Source of the DNA: Chrysomallon squamiferum
Lineage: Eukaryota; Animalia; Mollusca
Assembly: GCA_012295275.1 (NCBI GenBank)
Contig: CM022674.1
Coordinates: 11,842,001 to 11,906,000, forward strand
Length of the DNA stretch: 64,000 nucleotides
Direction of reading: 5' to 3'
Under the pieces are notes generated by a model, which was not told the DNA's origin, made no database searches, and saw only the letters and a list, made by a program, of their open reading frames with translations. Both the position numbers and the translations under genes were made by a program. Positions 13,278 to 45,608 of the stretch are shown one piece after another (the first letter of the stretch is position 1; every line of letters starts with the position of its first letter).

Positions 13278-15537
13278 AAAGGTCAACTAATGAATAGAAA
13301 ATTAATCTAAATATACAGGAGAAGCCTCTGTTTTCAAAAAAATAAAAAAAAAAAAAAAAAAAAAAAAAATAAAATTTTGAAATGAATTATATTTCAAAAA
13401 ATATATTTAAAAGATAACTAATTACTGAAGGTTTCTATGTAACTGGAGCACATTATTCAAAATGTAATTTTTATATTTTCTTTTGTGTGAATATTCACAT
13501 CTTTTATAAGTGACTATTGAGTATTCAGTATATATTCACTTTAATTTGAAAAGTGAAATATTAATATTTTTCATTTAAAAACTCCTTAAAAAATCTAAAA
13601 ATTGAAATTAAAATATATTTTTCAGTTTTTTTTAATATATATATATATATATATATATTTACTTGTTTATTTAGTAAAGACTACTTATCAAATCATACCA
13701 ATGAATATGAATGATGAAACCAATATATACTGCTTAATCTATGAAATCAATAAATAGAAAAACATATTTCTTTAGTGTCGCGAAATTTATATATTATGAA
13801 CAGATTAAAAAAAAAAAAAAAAAAACCTAAAATAATTTACGCGGTTCACCAAATTAAAAGAAATTGTGTATATAAATATATTTTCTTATAATATATCTCT
13901 ACACATTATTTTATTGTTATTCAATACCGATATTATCACTTTAATTCATCTATATAAACATCAGAACCGCACTGCTTTGTAGCCATTACTCATTCTACAT
14001 TCGTAAATATACCTACTAACACACACTCTCTTTCATACACACATATGTAGATACCCATTCTCTGTCTCTAACTCACAAACAGATATCCCCACACTTTCTT
14101 ACACATACACAGGCACATATCCACTCCTTTCGCATTCGCTTGCATACCCACACAGCAACACACATGCATACCCATAAACAAGCACTGTCTTTCTGACACA
14201 CATGTATACATCCATTCTCTCTCACTAACACACAAACTTATATCCACACTTTCTTAAACAAACACCCATTATTCACACATATCCACCCGTAAAATCCCAC
14301 CCCTTCTTTCACATTCGCACACATTTCAAATTAAACAAAATAGTATCTACTGTACAAGTCTAAGTAAGGGAGATAATTATGGAAGAAGAACGAATGATTA
14401 ATTTCTGAAACATTTAACTGTTATGCGGAAGAACAGAGGCTCACTTCAGCACCTACACACCACCTTCCCTCAAACACACACACGCTCTCTTTCTTTATTT
14501 CTTAATCAGAAGCGTTTCGTGCATATATGCTTGAAGAAAAATATTTAAATTTACATTTTATTTTAAATCCTACAATACAGTAAATAATAGTCTGAGATTA
14601 CAACTAATCTTCATTTTATTTTTTAGTATATAAAGAAGTACTTAACTCACAGTGGTTTTCCTTTATTAAAAGTATAAAACCGTCGTAAAATACTCTTCAC
14701 GGCAAAAGGGACGTTTTTCTTTTGTGACAGTGATTGTTTTTCTGGTCTGTGCTTCAGATAGCTTTTCATCAACGCAATAAATGCAAAATAAAATATGAAT
14801 ATGCGAAAGAATATTAAGAAGAAAGAAAAAGAAAGAAAAGAAGAAAAACGAAGAAAAAAATCCTCTTATATTTGTCTCCGATATATATGTTATTATTTTC
14901 CTTTTCTCAGGTCCCCTCTTTCCTCCTTCTTCTTTTTCATTTTTCTACTTATTTATTTATTTATTTATTTATTTATTTGTTCACTTGTTTGTATGTTTGT
15001 TTATTTATTTAACTTTAATTATCGTGTCTCATTAGTTTCATTCAGAACTGTCTTTTGAAACTTTTCACTCAGGACTAAGTGTGTACGTATTCAGCGATTT
15101 ATCACCACATTCTGAAAACTAAATTACATTTATAAATGTAAACATTCTCCGAACTGATTCCACTGCATTTCACGTATAACAAAAAAAAAAAAAAAAAACA
15201 ACAACAATAAAATCTCATCTTATAAAATGTTTTATTTAGTTAATTGATAACCAACAACAACAATCTTCTTTCCTCTGGTACATCAGTGTGGATTTCTGAA
15301 AGTGAAGCAAATATACTCATTTTGTTGACATATTTTTCTATCAGTTATAAAAATAAAAATATTTCTGAGTGTAGAAGTATATCGTATGTCAGGATTTTTA
15401 AACGAAAGTAGAATTATGTAGCTTCTATAAATGCATTGTAGATTAAGATCAAGATACGTAACAGTCTGAATAAAGAAAAACATAAAAATAATAAAGAAAA
15501 GTACTTTTAAACAAAATTTCAACTTACATATTCATTA

Positions 15538-15888
15538 TTAACGACCGTAGATGCCGCCTCCCATCATGCCACCTCCCATCATGCCACCTCGAATCACACC
15601 CCCTCCAATCATGCCACCTCCCATCATTCTACCTCCAACCATGCCACCGCTGAATCCTCCCATCATTCCGTATCCTCCATATCCCCCGTACCCTCCATAC
15701 CCTCCCATTGCCACACCTCCAACACCAAATCGTCCATATCCGTACCCACCAACACCATATCCTCCGTACCCTCCATACCCTCCCATGCCGTACCCTCCAT
15801 AGCCACCCATACCATACATTGGCATCATCATACCAGCAGAGGCAAGAGTCAAACAGGCGAAAAGAGTGACAATAACAGCGTTCATCAT
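15538..15888 (-). CDS. Secreted Gly/Met/Tyr-rich structural protein, copy 1 (116 aa; shematrin/shell-matrix or egg-case GRP-like composition)
   Basis: Signal MMNAVIVTLFACLTLASA, then GGYG and GGMM repeats. 5'UTR intron 15898-16030 (GTAAGT...TTTAG on the minus strand), TATA box at ~16101-16109. Confidence 0.9.
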   Translation of the reverse strand: MMNAVIVTLFACLTLASAGMMMPMYGMGGYGGYGMGGYGGYGGYGVGGYGYGRFGVGGVAMGGYGGYGGYGGYGMMGGFSGGMVGGRMMGGGMIGGGVIRGGMMGGGMMGGGIYGR

Positions 15889-16030
15889 TTTGAAAATCTA
15901 AAGAATAAATAACAGAGTAAAATTTTACTTAGTCCATACATTTTCTTTATGTTACCAAGTTTTAATATATTCATTTAAAAACTTAAAAACAGATATAATT
16001 TAAAAAACGTAAATAATAAGACACACTTAC

Positions 16031-16215
16031 AGCAGTTGTGAAGAGGAAATGTTCAAGTGATAGACAATTTGGAAGTGATATTAAACAGTATTCATCTGTG
16101 CTATATATACCACATGTACCTTGTGACCGATCGACAGTTCTCAATCAGAAGTCACCACTTGACCTCAGCAAATTATAATTGATCTTATTTTAATAATTTG
16201 ATTTTAAACTGACCT
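16031..16215 (-). promoter_or_regulatory. Non-coding exon 1 and TATA promoter of Gly-rich gene copy 1
   Basis: Donor (ACTTAC on +) at 16025-16030 and TATATATAG at 16101-16109. The block TGACCTCA.CAAATTATAATTGATCTT (~16160) is conserved upstream of copy 2 (~31211). Confidence 0.6.
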
Positions 16216-17374
16216 CATGACAGGTGCTGGTCGAGGATATTTTCAAGTGAGGTGATCATCTTCGAAGAAAGTCTACTGCAAAATAATATATATGTTTTTG
16301 TTTAATCATTTACTTAAAAATAAATAAATAAATAAAAACTATATGTGGGTTTAAATTCAAAACGGACTAGTTCTCCTGTTCCTCGCCACCTGAAATCCTT
16401 GACGGACAATAAACATTACAATTTGCAATTAATCATAATTAAGGTTCATAATCTATTCATGAGATTTTTTTATATCATAATTTTAACGCGAGTTTCCGAG
16501 ATTTTCATGTCTAGATTCAAGTTGATCGAGCATCAAACCGTTCCAGCTTCGAGGATTACTCTACATATGTGTGTGTACTGTGAACATAATGAGTGCATAT
16601 ATATGCAATCTATGTATATATGTTTTTATATATATGTATGTACGTCTGAATCTCCATCTGTATTTACATATATATGAGTGTGTGAGTGTGTAGATGTGTA
16701 TGTGTGTGTAACTGTGTATCTAGATGTAAGATATTCTGGAGTTCTTGACTCTCATTAATGTAGTTAATTATCAAGCACAACGTCATAAGATCTGATTACT
16801 GGTCTGATGCGAATTACTCAAATGAAAATAACAACAACACCAAGAAGAAGGAGAAGAAGAAGAAGAACAACAACAACAACAACAGTAATAATAATAAACT
16901 GTGCTGCTACAACGAGTACCACTACTACCACATGTGTTACTACAGCCAACTACTACTAATAAATAATAAAATAAAACAAACAATCAAACAAACAAACAAA
17001 CAAAAACAATAGTTGGATCGTAAATATCTGCGTGGTGTTGTTATGTGCCTTTGGTTCGTTTTCAGCTGTTTAATTAGGCTGTTTAAGAATATGTTTTGTT
17101 TTAGTAAAGATATTTTCCTGTAAAAACGAAAGAAAATGAATGGACACAGAATGACGTATAAATTCGACATGCCTTAATGATAATTTTATCTGAATGAAAT
17201 TCGAAACTATGACATTGAGGTAAAAACAGCAACAAATGAAAACCTACAGATAAATATATATAAAACTATATCGATATTTCTAGACGAATTCAGAATATTG
17301 TGATTAGACATTGCAACATGCTTATTAAAATAGAGATGCAAATTCATTTCTAATAAGGAAAGAAATAATAAATA

Positions 17375-17515
17375 CACAGAGATTAAGTTCTATTCGCCGT
17401 GCTCTTTAACACGTCACAGTGTTAAAACAATGGAATGACGTCACAATGTTAAAACAATGGAACGACGTCATATTTCTTTATCAACGGAAAAGGTGAACTA
17501 CGTATAATCTCCTGT
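17375..17515. repeat. Small element with imperfect terminal inverted repeats enclosing ~2.3 copies of a 27-bp unit (TGACGTCACAATGTTAAAACAATGGAA); possible MITE
   Basis: Tandem units at 17411-17470; CAGAGATTAAGTTC on the left versus GAACT...TAATCTCCTG on the right. Confidence 0.4.
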
Positions 17516-18591
17516 TTTCATATATAATATTTCTTTTACATGACATCGGACTGACAGTGGGACAAAATTAATATAAATGTGTGTGAGTGCACACTTTTTT
17601 TAAAACATTTTTTATTCCTAGCTGAATTCTTAGATACATTATTAACATAAAATACACTCAGCTCCTTTTCAATACTACAGCAGCAAAAAACAAAAACAAA
17701 CCAAAGATATTATTTGAGCTATTTTCCACTGGATCAAGAACAACAGAGCACAGACAAATCTAAAAAGAGAACCATGACAGTTTGAAAAACATAAAACACA
17801 AACTGATACAACTGACAGTTTTATATATCTGTTGATCCAAAACTGATATATTCTCTGTACATTTATTTGAGATATTACGACCAAACTGAAAAACAATAGT
17901 GAAAAAATGTATAATCGATTACACGTTATTATAGTATTATGAAAACTAATACAGATTAAATTGTTATTATCGTCAACATCGTTACTAGCATCATTATAAT
18001 TTCTGGGTTATTTTGTTTTCCCTCACATTGCTTGTATAAAGTATGAAAATACGAAGAGGAGATGAAATTCTGTTAACTGCAAACTGTCTATAAAGAATCG
18101 GAACATAAACAATTATCGCAGCAGTTAAAATATAAACACTCTTTCTCAGCTCACATTTCAGCAAGTGATACACTTCTTTATTTTAATTCACGATTATAAT
18201 TGATTCTGTCGTTTTGAATCTGCTGTTAAAATATAACACTTCTCGACTTTTTACATGTTGTAGGTAATAGTTTGTAGATTAATTTTGGCTTGAGATGATT
18301 TTAAAAACACAAAGTCACCTTCAAGATTATTAGAGTTAAATGAAATAAACGTTGGATGTAGTTAGTTATTAGGGTAAGGTGGGGTAACTGTGTGCCCAGA
18401 AGAATTCTGTCCCCCAACGTGTATTATAACTTACAACACATTTACTGCTCTGTCAGGTCTATCGGAAAATTGTAGGTATAAAGAGAACTTTACTATCTCT
18501 CATTAGAACAAAGGATGTAGGTAATATGCCATTTACACGTGGAGTATGGTGGCCATGAATATAGTGAAATCAACAAGGTTCAAAACAAAGT

Positions 18592-18689
<98 letters not shown>

Positions 18690-19166
18690 TTGTATGTAAT
18701 TCTCTATCTATCTATTTCGAAACATGTATTACCTTTCAGCATACAAGTGGTCCTGTCTTGTTAGCTATCTGCACTAATTATTTAGGAAACAGAAGATACA
18801 AAATTAATAATAATGAATAATTAAATTGTGAAATTATACTTTATTACAATAACAATACATTGATGCATTTTTCACACGATTCGGTTGAATATTATGTAAT
18901 TCCTTTGTGTCACCGAAAGACGAATTAAAATAATAATAATAATATAATGTGTAGTTACAATAAGTCTATTAAATTTCATAATGTAAGAGAAGGTTTAAAT
19001 TCAAACAGAAAAATATTATTCAATGTTTGTAAGTACGTACTCGTATTAGCACTAAGATATTAATTAAAAATATTTAACTAAAATTACTGTGGTTTCTTTT
19101 GCATTAATAATGAATAATAATAGCAAAACAGCGAAAAAATGGGACAGTAATAAAGCGAAGAAAGCG

Positions 19167-19228
<62 letters not shown>

Positions 19229-21379
19229 TTATAATCAAATAAACTAGTAACATTATTTTAACTACCTCTTCTGGATTAATATCAAGAAAGCAGAAAAGAA
19301 AAGAAATTATTAAGCAATAACTAAATAAATAAGAATTTAAATAAATAAATAAACAAATAAATAAATAATTAGACAAATAGTAAAACAAGATGAAATGATA
19401 CTAATTGCAAATCTATAATATTTGTCTGTATGTCTGTCTGTCTGTCTCTGTGTGTGTGTGTGTGTGTAAGTGTGTGTAAGAAAGCAGAAGAGATTATTGC
19501 ATCATTTAAAACATAAACTAACTTTCTGAGTGTTCGTACTTGTTTTTGTCTTAATTCACGATTTTAATTTATTTAGCTATTTTGTATCTGCTATAAAAAT
19601 ATCTCAGTGGGTGAATTCAGCATGTTTTCAGAAAAGCATTGTTATTCACTACGAGAATGATGAAATAGCTTTATATCGTCAACAAGACATTTCCAGAACT
19701 TTACAAAAAGTAATGTGAATGGCATGAAGAATTATTCAGTAAATGGAAGAATATCTCTTCGGTGAAGATGATAAAAATAATGTATATGATAATAATAAAG
19801 TATTCTTATTTCTCAGTAGCTTTAGGAAGATATATTAATGAAATATTATTTCATACTAAATTTCTGTTCACAATAAATAAAATAGACAATCAATTATCAC
19901 CTTAAGAAGAAATAAAAAGAGTCCTAATTACATAAAGAGTAAGGAGTTGGTTTACTGCATCACTTCTGGAAATTTAGTGCAAACATATGGTGTCAAAATC
20001 AATGGTTTTGACGGAATGATATTGTCCTTTCGTAGTTAATAGAATTTTAACTCTACTATGTCGAGTTGCAACATCATCATTTTAACCCACAAACCTCCAC
20101 TGCCTCTGTCTTGCCTGTTTAACCTGTGACGTCGGCATGGAGGGTGGAGTTCAAAATCAGTTGATATGAAGTTCGCGGAGTTAAAGAAATTTCAGTGTAT
20201 TCAGATCGAGTCTAGCACTTTGTCATAAAAAATATTTTACATTTGTTCAAACCAATAATAATTTTCAATCATATTGAAGAACCCAAAAAGAAAGAAATTT
20301 GATGACGGGTTTTATTCATGAATTACCTTTGTTTTAGGAAATCAGTACAGATTTCCTCGGAATGCTTAATTTCACCACTGTTGTCTGTAAAAAGATTTAC
20401 TTACCCGAAATACAGGACGAAGCAATTGAGATCAAAGCAGTGATTTTATTAATTTCGTAACGTTCTGTTTTTACACACAGGAAACGTTCCTTGTTGATAG
20501 AAAACAGTTTCGTCAACTGTGAAATAGAGAAACCTCTTTGTTTCGTACAACAGTCATCCTGTAGTCAATTCATATATTATAATAATCAATATACTTTTTG
20601 AATATCATTTCTCTTATTATGGAAAACTAAGAAAAAAGATAGACACATAGAAAGAGAGGTAGATACATAGATAGATAGACATATGCATATTGATAGACAG
20701 ATAGAGACAGATATACAGATATATAGTTAGATAAAGAGATAGATTGATAAATGTAGACAATGACAGAGAGATAGACATAAAAATGTATGAATATTCGACA
20801 TTTTATCCTTTCATCTGTCACAAATTTTACATTTATTTCGGTTTTATATTTTTCTGTCATAGTAACTTGTTAGAGATCAAACGTTTGATTCATTATTATT
20901 GAGTCCGTGCATCATTATAAATACCTCGTGTCCAAGATATTGGACGTATTCTTATAGCTAGATCATTCACTACTACAACTAATTTTGGTAAGTTATATGC
21001 ACTTTATAATTATTTTTTACATGTAAAATTCTAAAAGAATTGTACAGTTAAATGAAGTAAATTTTTCGACTAGTTAGTTACTACAGGCGGAAAAAGTTAA
21101 AAATCTTAAGGAAATACGTTAACAACCTGAAAGACAGAATAACATATTCATTTCCGTTTCTCTGTTTTCAAGATCCATATTAAATAATCTTAAAATTCAA
21201 ATAGCTTTTAATTCATAACGCTAAACATTAAATTTATACATTTCTCAAACTTAGCAATATATATATATATATATGTTACGGTGACGATAATACTTTGCAA
21301 TAATACTGAACACTAAATGGGCTTGGTGTACAGTAAAACTGAACGAATCCGTGCAGGTTTCCAGTTGACGTCGTTCACT

Positions 21380-29751
<8,372 letters not shown>

Positions 29752-30080
29752 CACGTAAGTGAAGAATGTTTTAAATCGACATTAACATGAACAAACAAAC
29801 ACAAATGTATGTCTGAGAAAGGGAAAAAAGTAGATGGGCAGAACATTATACATCATAAACAATAATACCTGATTAAAACTTCCAAACATTTTAGTTAGAG
29901 ACAGCTCATTATTTATTTATTGACACGATATATATGAAGTAAATATTTACTTTATTTATTTTACTTCAGTGCGGGTTGAGAACTACAAAAGGAGAATGAT
30001 GTTACAAGCTACTGAAGAGATAATAAAATACTAATGAAAAACATTTAAATCGTTGTTATGAATCTGTTTTAGCTGTACAA

Positions 30081-30370
<290 letters not shown>

Positions 30371-30684
30371 GTATAATTGTCTATTTATCCATTTCGAAAC
30401 TTGTATTACCTTTCAGCATACAATATATCCTGTCCCCATTTTCCTACCTGCACTAATTATTTAAAAAATAGGGGAAAAGAAAATGGAAATATTTCTTTCT
30501 TACTTTCCGTTTAAACTATATCTTTTGTTTTAAATATACAAAAATGTTTATGTTAGTAAGAAACTTATTCGTTTAGTAATATCATTTCATAACGCATGGA
30601 TCAATATTTTACACGAAACTTTTGAATATTACGAAGTATGTTTCTGTTACTGAAAAAAGACATAAAATAATAATAATATTATTA

Positions 30685-30948
30685 TTAGTTACAATATCTC
30701 ATGCCACCCCTGAATCCTCCCATCATTCCGTATCCTCCATATCCCCCGTACCCTCCATACCCTCCCATTGCCACACCTCCAACACCAAATCCTCCATATC
30801 CGTACCCACCAACACCATATCCTCCGTACCCTCCATACCCTCCCATGGCGTACCCTCCATAGCCACCCATACCATACATTGGCATCATCATACCAGCAGA
30901 GGCAAGAGTCAAACAGGCGAAAAGAGTGACAATAACAGCGTTCATCAT
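30685..30948 (-). CDS. Secreted Gly/Met/Tyr-rich structural protein, copy 2 (87 aa)
   Basis: Same signal peptide and GGYG repeats as copy 1 but a shorter C-terminus (GGFRGGMRYCN). 5'UTR intron 30958-31090; TATA at 31161-31170. Confidence 0.88.
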   Translation of the reverse strand: MMNAVIVTLFACLTLASAGMMMPMYGMGGYGGYAMGGYGGYGGYGVGGYGYGGFGVGGVAMGGYGGYGGYGGYGMMGGFRGGMRYCN

Positions 30949-31296
30949 TTTGAAAATCTAAAGAATAAATAACAGAGTAAAATTTTACTTAGTCCATACA
31001 TTTTCTTTATGTTACCAAGTTTTAATATATTCATTTAAAAACTTAAAAACAGATATAATTTAAAAAACGTAAATAATAAGACACACTTACAGCAGTTGTG
31101 AAGAGGAAATGTTCAAGAAGTAGTCAGTTTGGAAGTGATACTAAAAATATTAATCTTCCTCTATATATAGTACATATATGTTGTAACGAAGTGACTTGTC
31201 CTCAATCAGTTGACCTCATCAAATTATAATTGATCTTTTTTAATAACTTGATTTTAAATTGCCTTAATCCAGTCGAGGGTATTTTTAATTGGTTAC

Positions 31297-31366
<70 letters not shown>

Positions 31367-33026
31367 TGTTGTTGTTATTATTATTATCGAAGGAGCAATG
31401 ACAGATGAAAACGATAATGTATTAAAATAAGATTTGTATATATAAGATTAGCGGCATGACTGAATAAAATGAATGAACTAATGGTTGTTTAATGATAGCT
31501 TAACTGTTAATATTAACAAACTTTTTATACCTTCCATGTATTGTTATTGTTTTATTGATAGCCAGGGATATCCTCCCACAGTCATTACAGAAACGACGTG
31601 AGGAAAGGAAACTACTCTCACAGACTGAGGCTTTCTTGATGGTGGTACATTTGACGATTAAACAAAAGTTTAAATAAAACTCCATCGTAACATGAGAAAC
31701 CCTTTTCATTGTTGAGAACGATTTATTCCTCTGTTCTAGTAGAGTAGGGAGCACGTTTGTTTTCAAGGCGTTGTTGTTACCTGTGTTAAATAGTATGCGT
31801 ACCGTGTTATTATCTTTCTTCTGTGTAAATAATAATTTGAGGAATATTGCTAAATATGCCGAAATCCTAATTGATGTATGGTTGTTTTGTTTTGTTTTTT
31901 GATAATATGGTATTTATTTTAAGTAGTCTGCCACAATATATAAATGTGTGCTAAACATTTTGATTTTGGTTTTATCGGATACTAAATGATTAACCTCCTC
32001 TTTATTTTTTCTTTCTTTCTTTCTTTCTTCGTTCTTTATTGCTTTATTTTTCTTTATTTTTCCTTTCTTTATTTGTTCTCCCTGTCTTCTCTACATCTAT
32101 ACCTGCCAATATCAGTCAGGCAGACTTTCAGTGGTTCCTTATTCCGGAAGCAAAGTAAATTTAATACTTGTAATATATGGTTACTTTTTTCAGCTAACCT
32201 GACCGTCAAGCAGCTGTTTAAAACGAAATCCTTACTCAATTGAGAGGATAATAAACTAAATCTTTGGTACGATGAACAAACAGCCTAACAATTCGGTGTT
32301 ATTTCTTGTCATTGTTTTAAATGTGTCTTGCGACTAATATTGGCCAATAATAAAGTAAAAAAGAAAAAAAAAAACAAGAACACAGAAAAATAAGAAGAAA
32401 CAGGAAGAAAGAAACAAGAAAAAATGAAGAAGAAGAATAAGAAAGAAAGAAAAAAAAAACAAGAAAAAAAGAATAAGAAGGAAATAAAAATAAAAAGAAG
32501 AAACAATAACAAAAAAAAAAAAAAAAAAAAAAAAACAAAAAAAAAACAAGAAGAAGAAAACAGAAGAAACAAAAATAAAAAAATAAATAAGAAGACATAA
32601 GAACAGAAAAAACAGCACATATAATAATAATAAAATTAAATTAAATTAATAAAAAAAAAAAAAAAAAAAAAAAAATAAAAAAAATAAGAAGAAACAAAAA
32701 CACAATTAAACAAGAAAAAAGAAGAATAAAAAAAAATATTGTAGAATAAAAAGACTAAGGATTAATGTAAGTAACAACACGAATGTGACTCCGCCACTAC
32801 GCACACACTCTAAAACACTTTAATTCTACCATTTAATTAACTGATACTAATTACTGTTTCCACCATGGAAATAGAACTTTAAATCAGTTATCTGTTAAAG
32901 TACATTCTGCTAGTTTCTACAAACGTTCTTACAAACGTCTGCTGTCCCAAATAGGTCAAAGAGAAACAAATGAAAAGTGTAACTGTTACATTTATCATGT
33001 ATTAGTATAGCTGGCTGCGGTGACCT

Positions 33027-33049
33027 CGGAAGGAAGTCTATGACGTCAC
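33027..33049 (+). promoter_or_regulatory. Putative GGAA + CRE (TGACGTCA) proximal promoter element of paralog C; equivalents at 5893, 51552 and 59872
   Basis: TGACGTCA lies 89-108 bp upstream of the ATG in B, C, E and F, each with a GGAA within ~12 bp upstream. Confidence 0.45.
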
Positions 33050-33148
33050 AAGTTTATCTTTGACCTAAACTCGCTTTTCTCTTCCGTTTGACCACTTCGC
33101 TCTGCAAATGAGACGTGGTTGTAATGTTGGGGTAGCAGCAGATGCAAA

Positions 33149-42629
<9,481 letters not shown>

Positions 42630-43232
42630 CAATATATATCAGAAATTAAATATTATGCAATAATAAAATAAAATACAGGACATGCAAACAATGACAACGT
42701 ATAAATAAAAAACATTATATGAAAAATAAAATAATAGATAATAACAAAATAAAATAAGTGTATATATATATGTATATATGTGTATCTTTACTGAAAATGA
42801 ATTGTAGACAATAGTTCTTTAGAAATGGTATTCGGATTTTTAGATTCTTTAAATTATATGTAAATTTACACGTATGCGTACCTCCTTGTATATCTGAAGT
42901 TTCTTAAATATTGTATAAAATATTGGAATACATTTATATTAAAAAATATTTAGAATTTTATTTTAATGTTTTATAACACTTATTAGTATATCCTCGTAAA
43001 AAAAAAAAAAAAAATAAAAAAGAAACAAATGACTGAAATGGGAGTCAGTTTGTTTATTTTTGTCTTTATCTTAATGTTTCACCTCTCAATGTTAAATAAC
43101 TGCGATACAAAAAATGAAGATTTTTTAGATATGTTATACTACTTTTTCTTAATAGTAACAAACGACGATAATTATGATGACGATAAAAAAAAAAGATAAT
43201 GATAAATGCTGCTGTTGATGGTGATTATAACG

Positions 43233-43292
<60 letters not shown>

Positions 43293-44524
43293 AAGAAGAA
43301 TTATAATAATAAATATATTGATAAATAAAGACTTTAATAATTAAATTATATAGAATTCATGAAAAATAATCAAAGGGGAGAGAATTTTATTACCACCCTC
43401 CACCATCTGGTTCCGTTTATGTCTTGTTCCCAAAATAAAAATTAAGTAATTTTGCTCTCTTGCCAAAAGAAAAGAGTTAAATTAATAATTTTCTTGAGAC
43501 TCACTTTTTATTATTTATTATGTATTTTATTTTATTTTATTTAAATAAACTTATGTAAAATAAATTACTTTTGTTGTTGTTCGTTTCGGATGACCATTGT
43601 TTTGTAGTATGTAGGTTTATGATGTATTGCACTGATTTTTCTTAAACGTTCGAGTAAGACTAGAATACTTTTAATATATACATGCAGACACAAACACACA
43701 CACAAACACACATACTTACAAACAGACAGGTTGGAAGAAAAATATTATAACTTGGTTTTAAAAATCATTATAAAATGATATAGCTTGTGTTAGATTTCCT
43801 TAAACATGGCAAGGAACATAAATTAATATAAGTTGATTTACAAATCACAGTAAAATTACATGGAAAAGCTGAGGTGTGTTATAATCCCTTACACTTCTAA
43901 ACAAAACTAAGCTGCTGTACCTCGGTTAACAACTCATTATAAAACAATATCGAATGTACTGTTATATGTTACGTTGGAAGAACAGAAATACTGTTATTTA
44001 GTTACACGTCAGCATGAAATTACATGGTACGAGCTGCACTGTGTGCAGTTTTTTTATTCAGAAAAGATAAATCTAAAATATTACTCTTAATCTGATTTAA
44101 GAGGGATTTAAAAATGTATGTGGTATATGCAGGAATGTGTTAATTGCTTTTTTGTTTGTCTGTTATTTGTTTATTAAAAGCGATAACATATTTACCAGCT
44201 ATTATAAAATTAGGTATATGTGCTGTTGAATGTTAAATTCTGCCACACTACAGAAAATCGAAAATATTATAATTTGATTTAAGAACTGTTATTAAATGAT
44301 ATGATATATTCTGTAAGGCAACACATTTTCTTATTCTGAAACTAAATTACTATAATTTAAATTAGGAAACGTGGTGTTAACCGTCGTGTGTAATTTTCTC
44401 TTGTATCTGAGCATAACAAAAAAACTCTAACGTATTTGCGTTCATTATAGCGTTATAAACTGTGAGTCAAATCTTTTGAAGACTGGTCCAGTGATGATGT
44501 GGAGAAGAATTCATTGGCTCCTGA

Positions 44525-44705
44525 CATTAATAAGCAACAAGACCTCTTTTTAACTACCTTCCCATGAACAGGAAAACACAAAACGATGCTCATTATAAGC
44601 CAGTCGCACAGAGGGTATAAACATGACCTGGCAGGATTGGGAAAAAAAACCTACAGAAAAGATCGAATAAGAAGTTCAGCTGGTTAGAACGAGAAATGGC
44701 GTAGA
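44525..44705. mobile_element. Degenerate SINE-like fragment related to 55525-55745
   Basis: Shares TAAGCA.CAAG..TCTTTT, CC.TCCCA...ACAGG, CCAGTC and CTGGTT.GAAC.A.AAATGG blocks. Confidence 0.4.
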
Positions 44706-45073
44706 GGATGAGCAGAGAAGGCTTGAACTAACAATTGAACTACAGCGACTTCTCAAAAAGAACAAATTTCAATATATATATTTTATAATTCACTAATTAA
44801 AATAAATAAATAAAAGGAAATGTCTAGGATATTTTCTAGGAGTGTAGATTATCCTAACCCTCCACACAGCTGCTCTGCTGTAGACACCACTAGCAGCAAT
44901 CGATCCCAGATGTTACTGTTTTACTGGAGAACAGCGTAACCACAGAACTATGTAACCCGCTCTCCTACGGGGAAGTTACTTTTGTTACCGCCTAGTAATA
45001 TTTCTTCCGCTCTGTATAAATAAATTAATAACATAAATTATAAATAGTCCAGTGTCTGAGCCAACTCGTCGAA

Positions 45074-45529
45074 ATGAAAATGTTCTGGTTGCTAAGACTG
45101 CTTTGTTCTAGTAAGTACAATCTTCTTTATTTGTCTGTCCATCTTTTCTCTTTCCCCTTTCTTTAATTCATCTGATTTTCTTTCTTTCTTCTTTTTTTTC
45201 TTTCATTCTTCTTTTTTTTCTTTCATACATTCTTCTTTTAATATTTTAAGTTAACTAATTAATTTTATTTTAGACTGTTTATTAAATATGCAACAATACA
45301 TTATTTGATAATTAATAGTCAAAAATAAAATTTAAAAGAGTAATCTAAGAAATATTATTTATAAATGAATGACTGAAAAAATGAATAAATGAAAATAAAT
45401 AATATAAATGACTAGCAAAACTAATTAACTAACTTAATAAATGAATGAATGCTTGAATAAATAAATAGCTAACAAAACTGTAGAAACAGACAAACAGACA
45501 AATAGATAGGTAGGTAAATAAATATAGTC

Positions 45530-45608
<79 letters not shown>

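Noticed and set aside
15551-15802. Pro-rich + strand ORF (also 30622-30972)
   Set aside because: Antisense shadow of the Gly-rich gene, which has the signal peptide, intron and TATA box.
18370-18530. Possible DNA-transposon end (GGGTAAGGTGGGGTAAC...)
   Set aside because: No matching second terminus or target-site duplication found.
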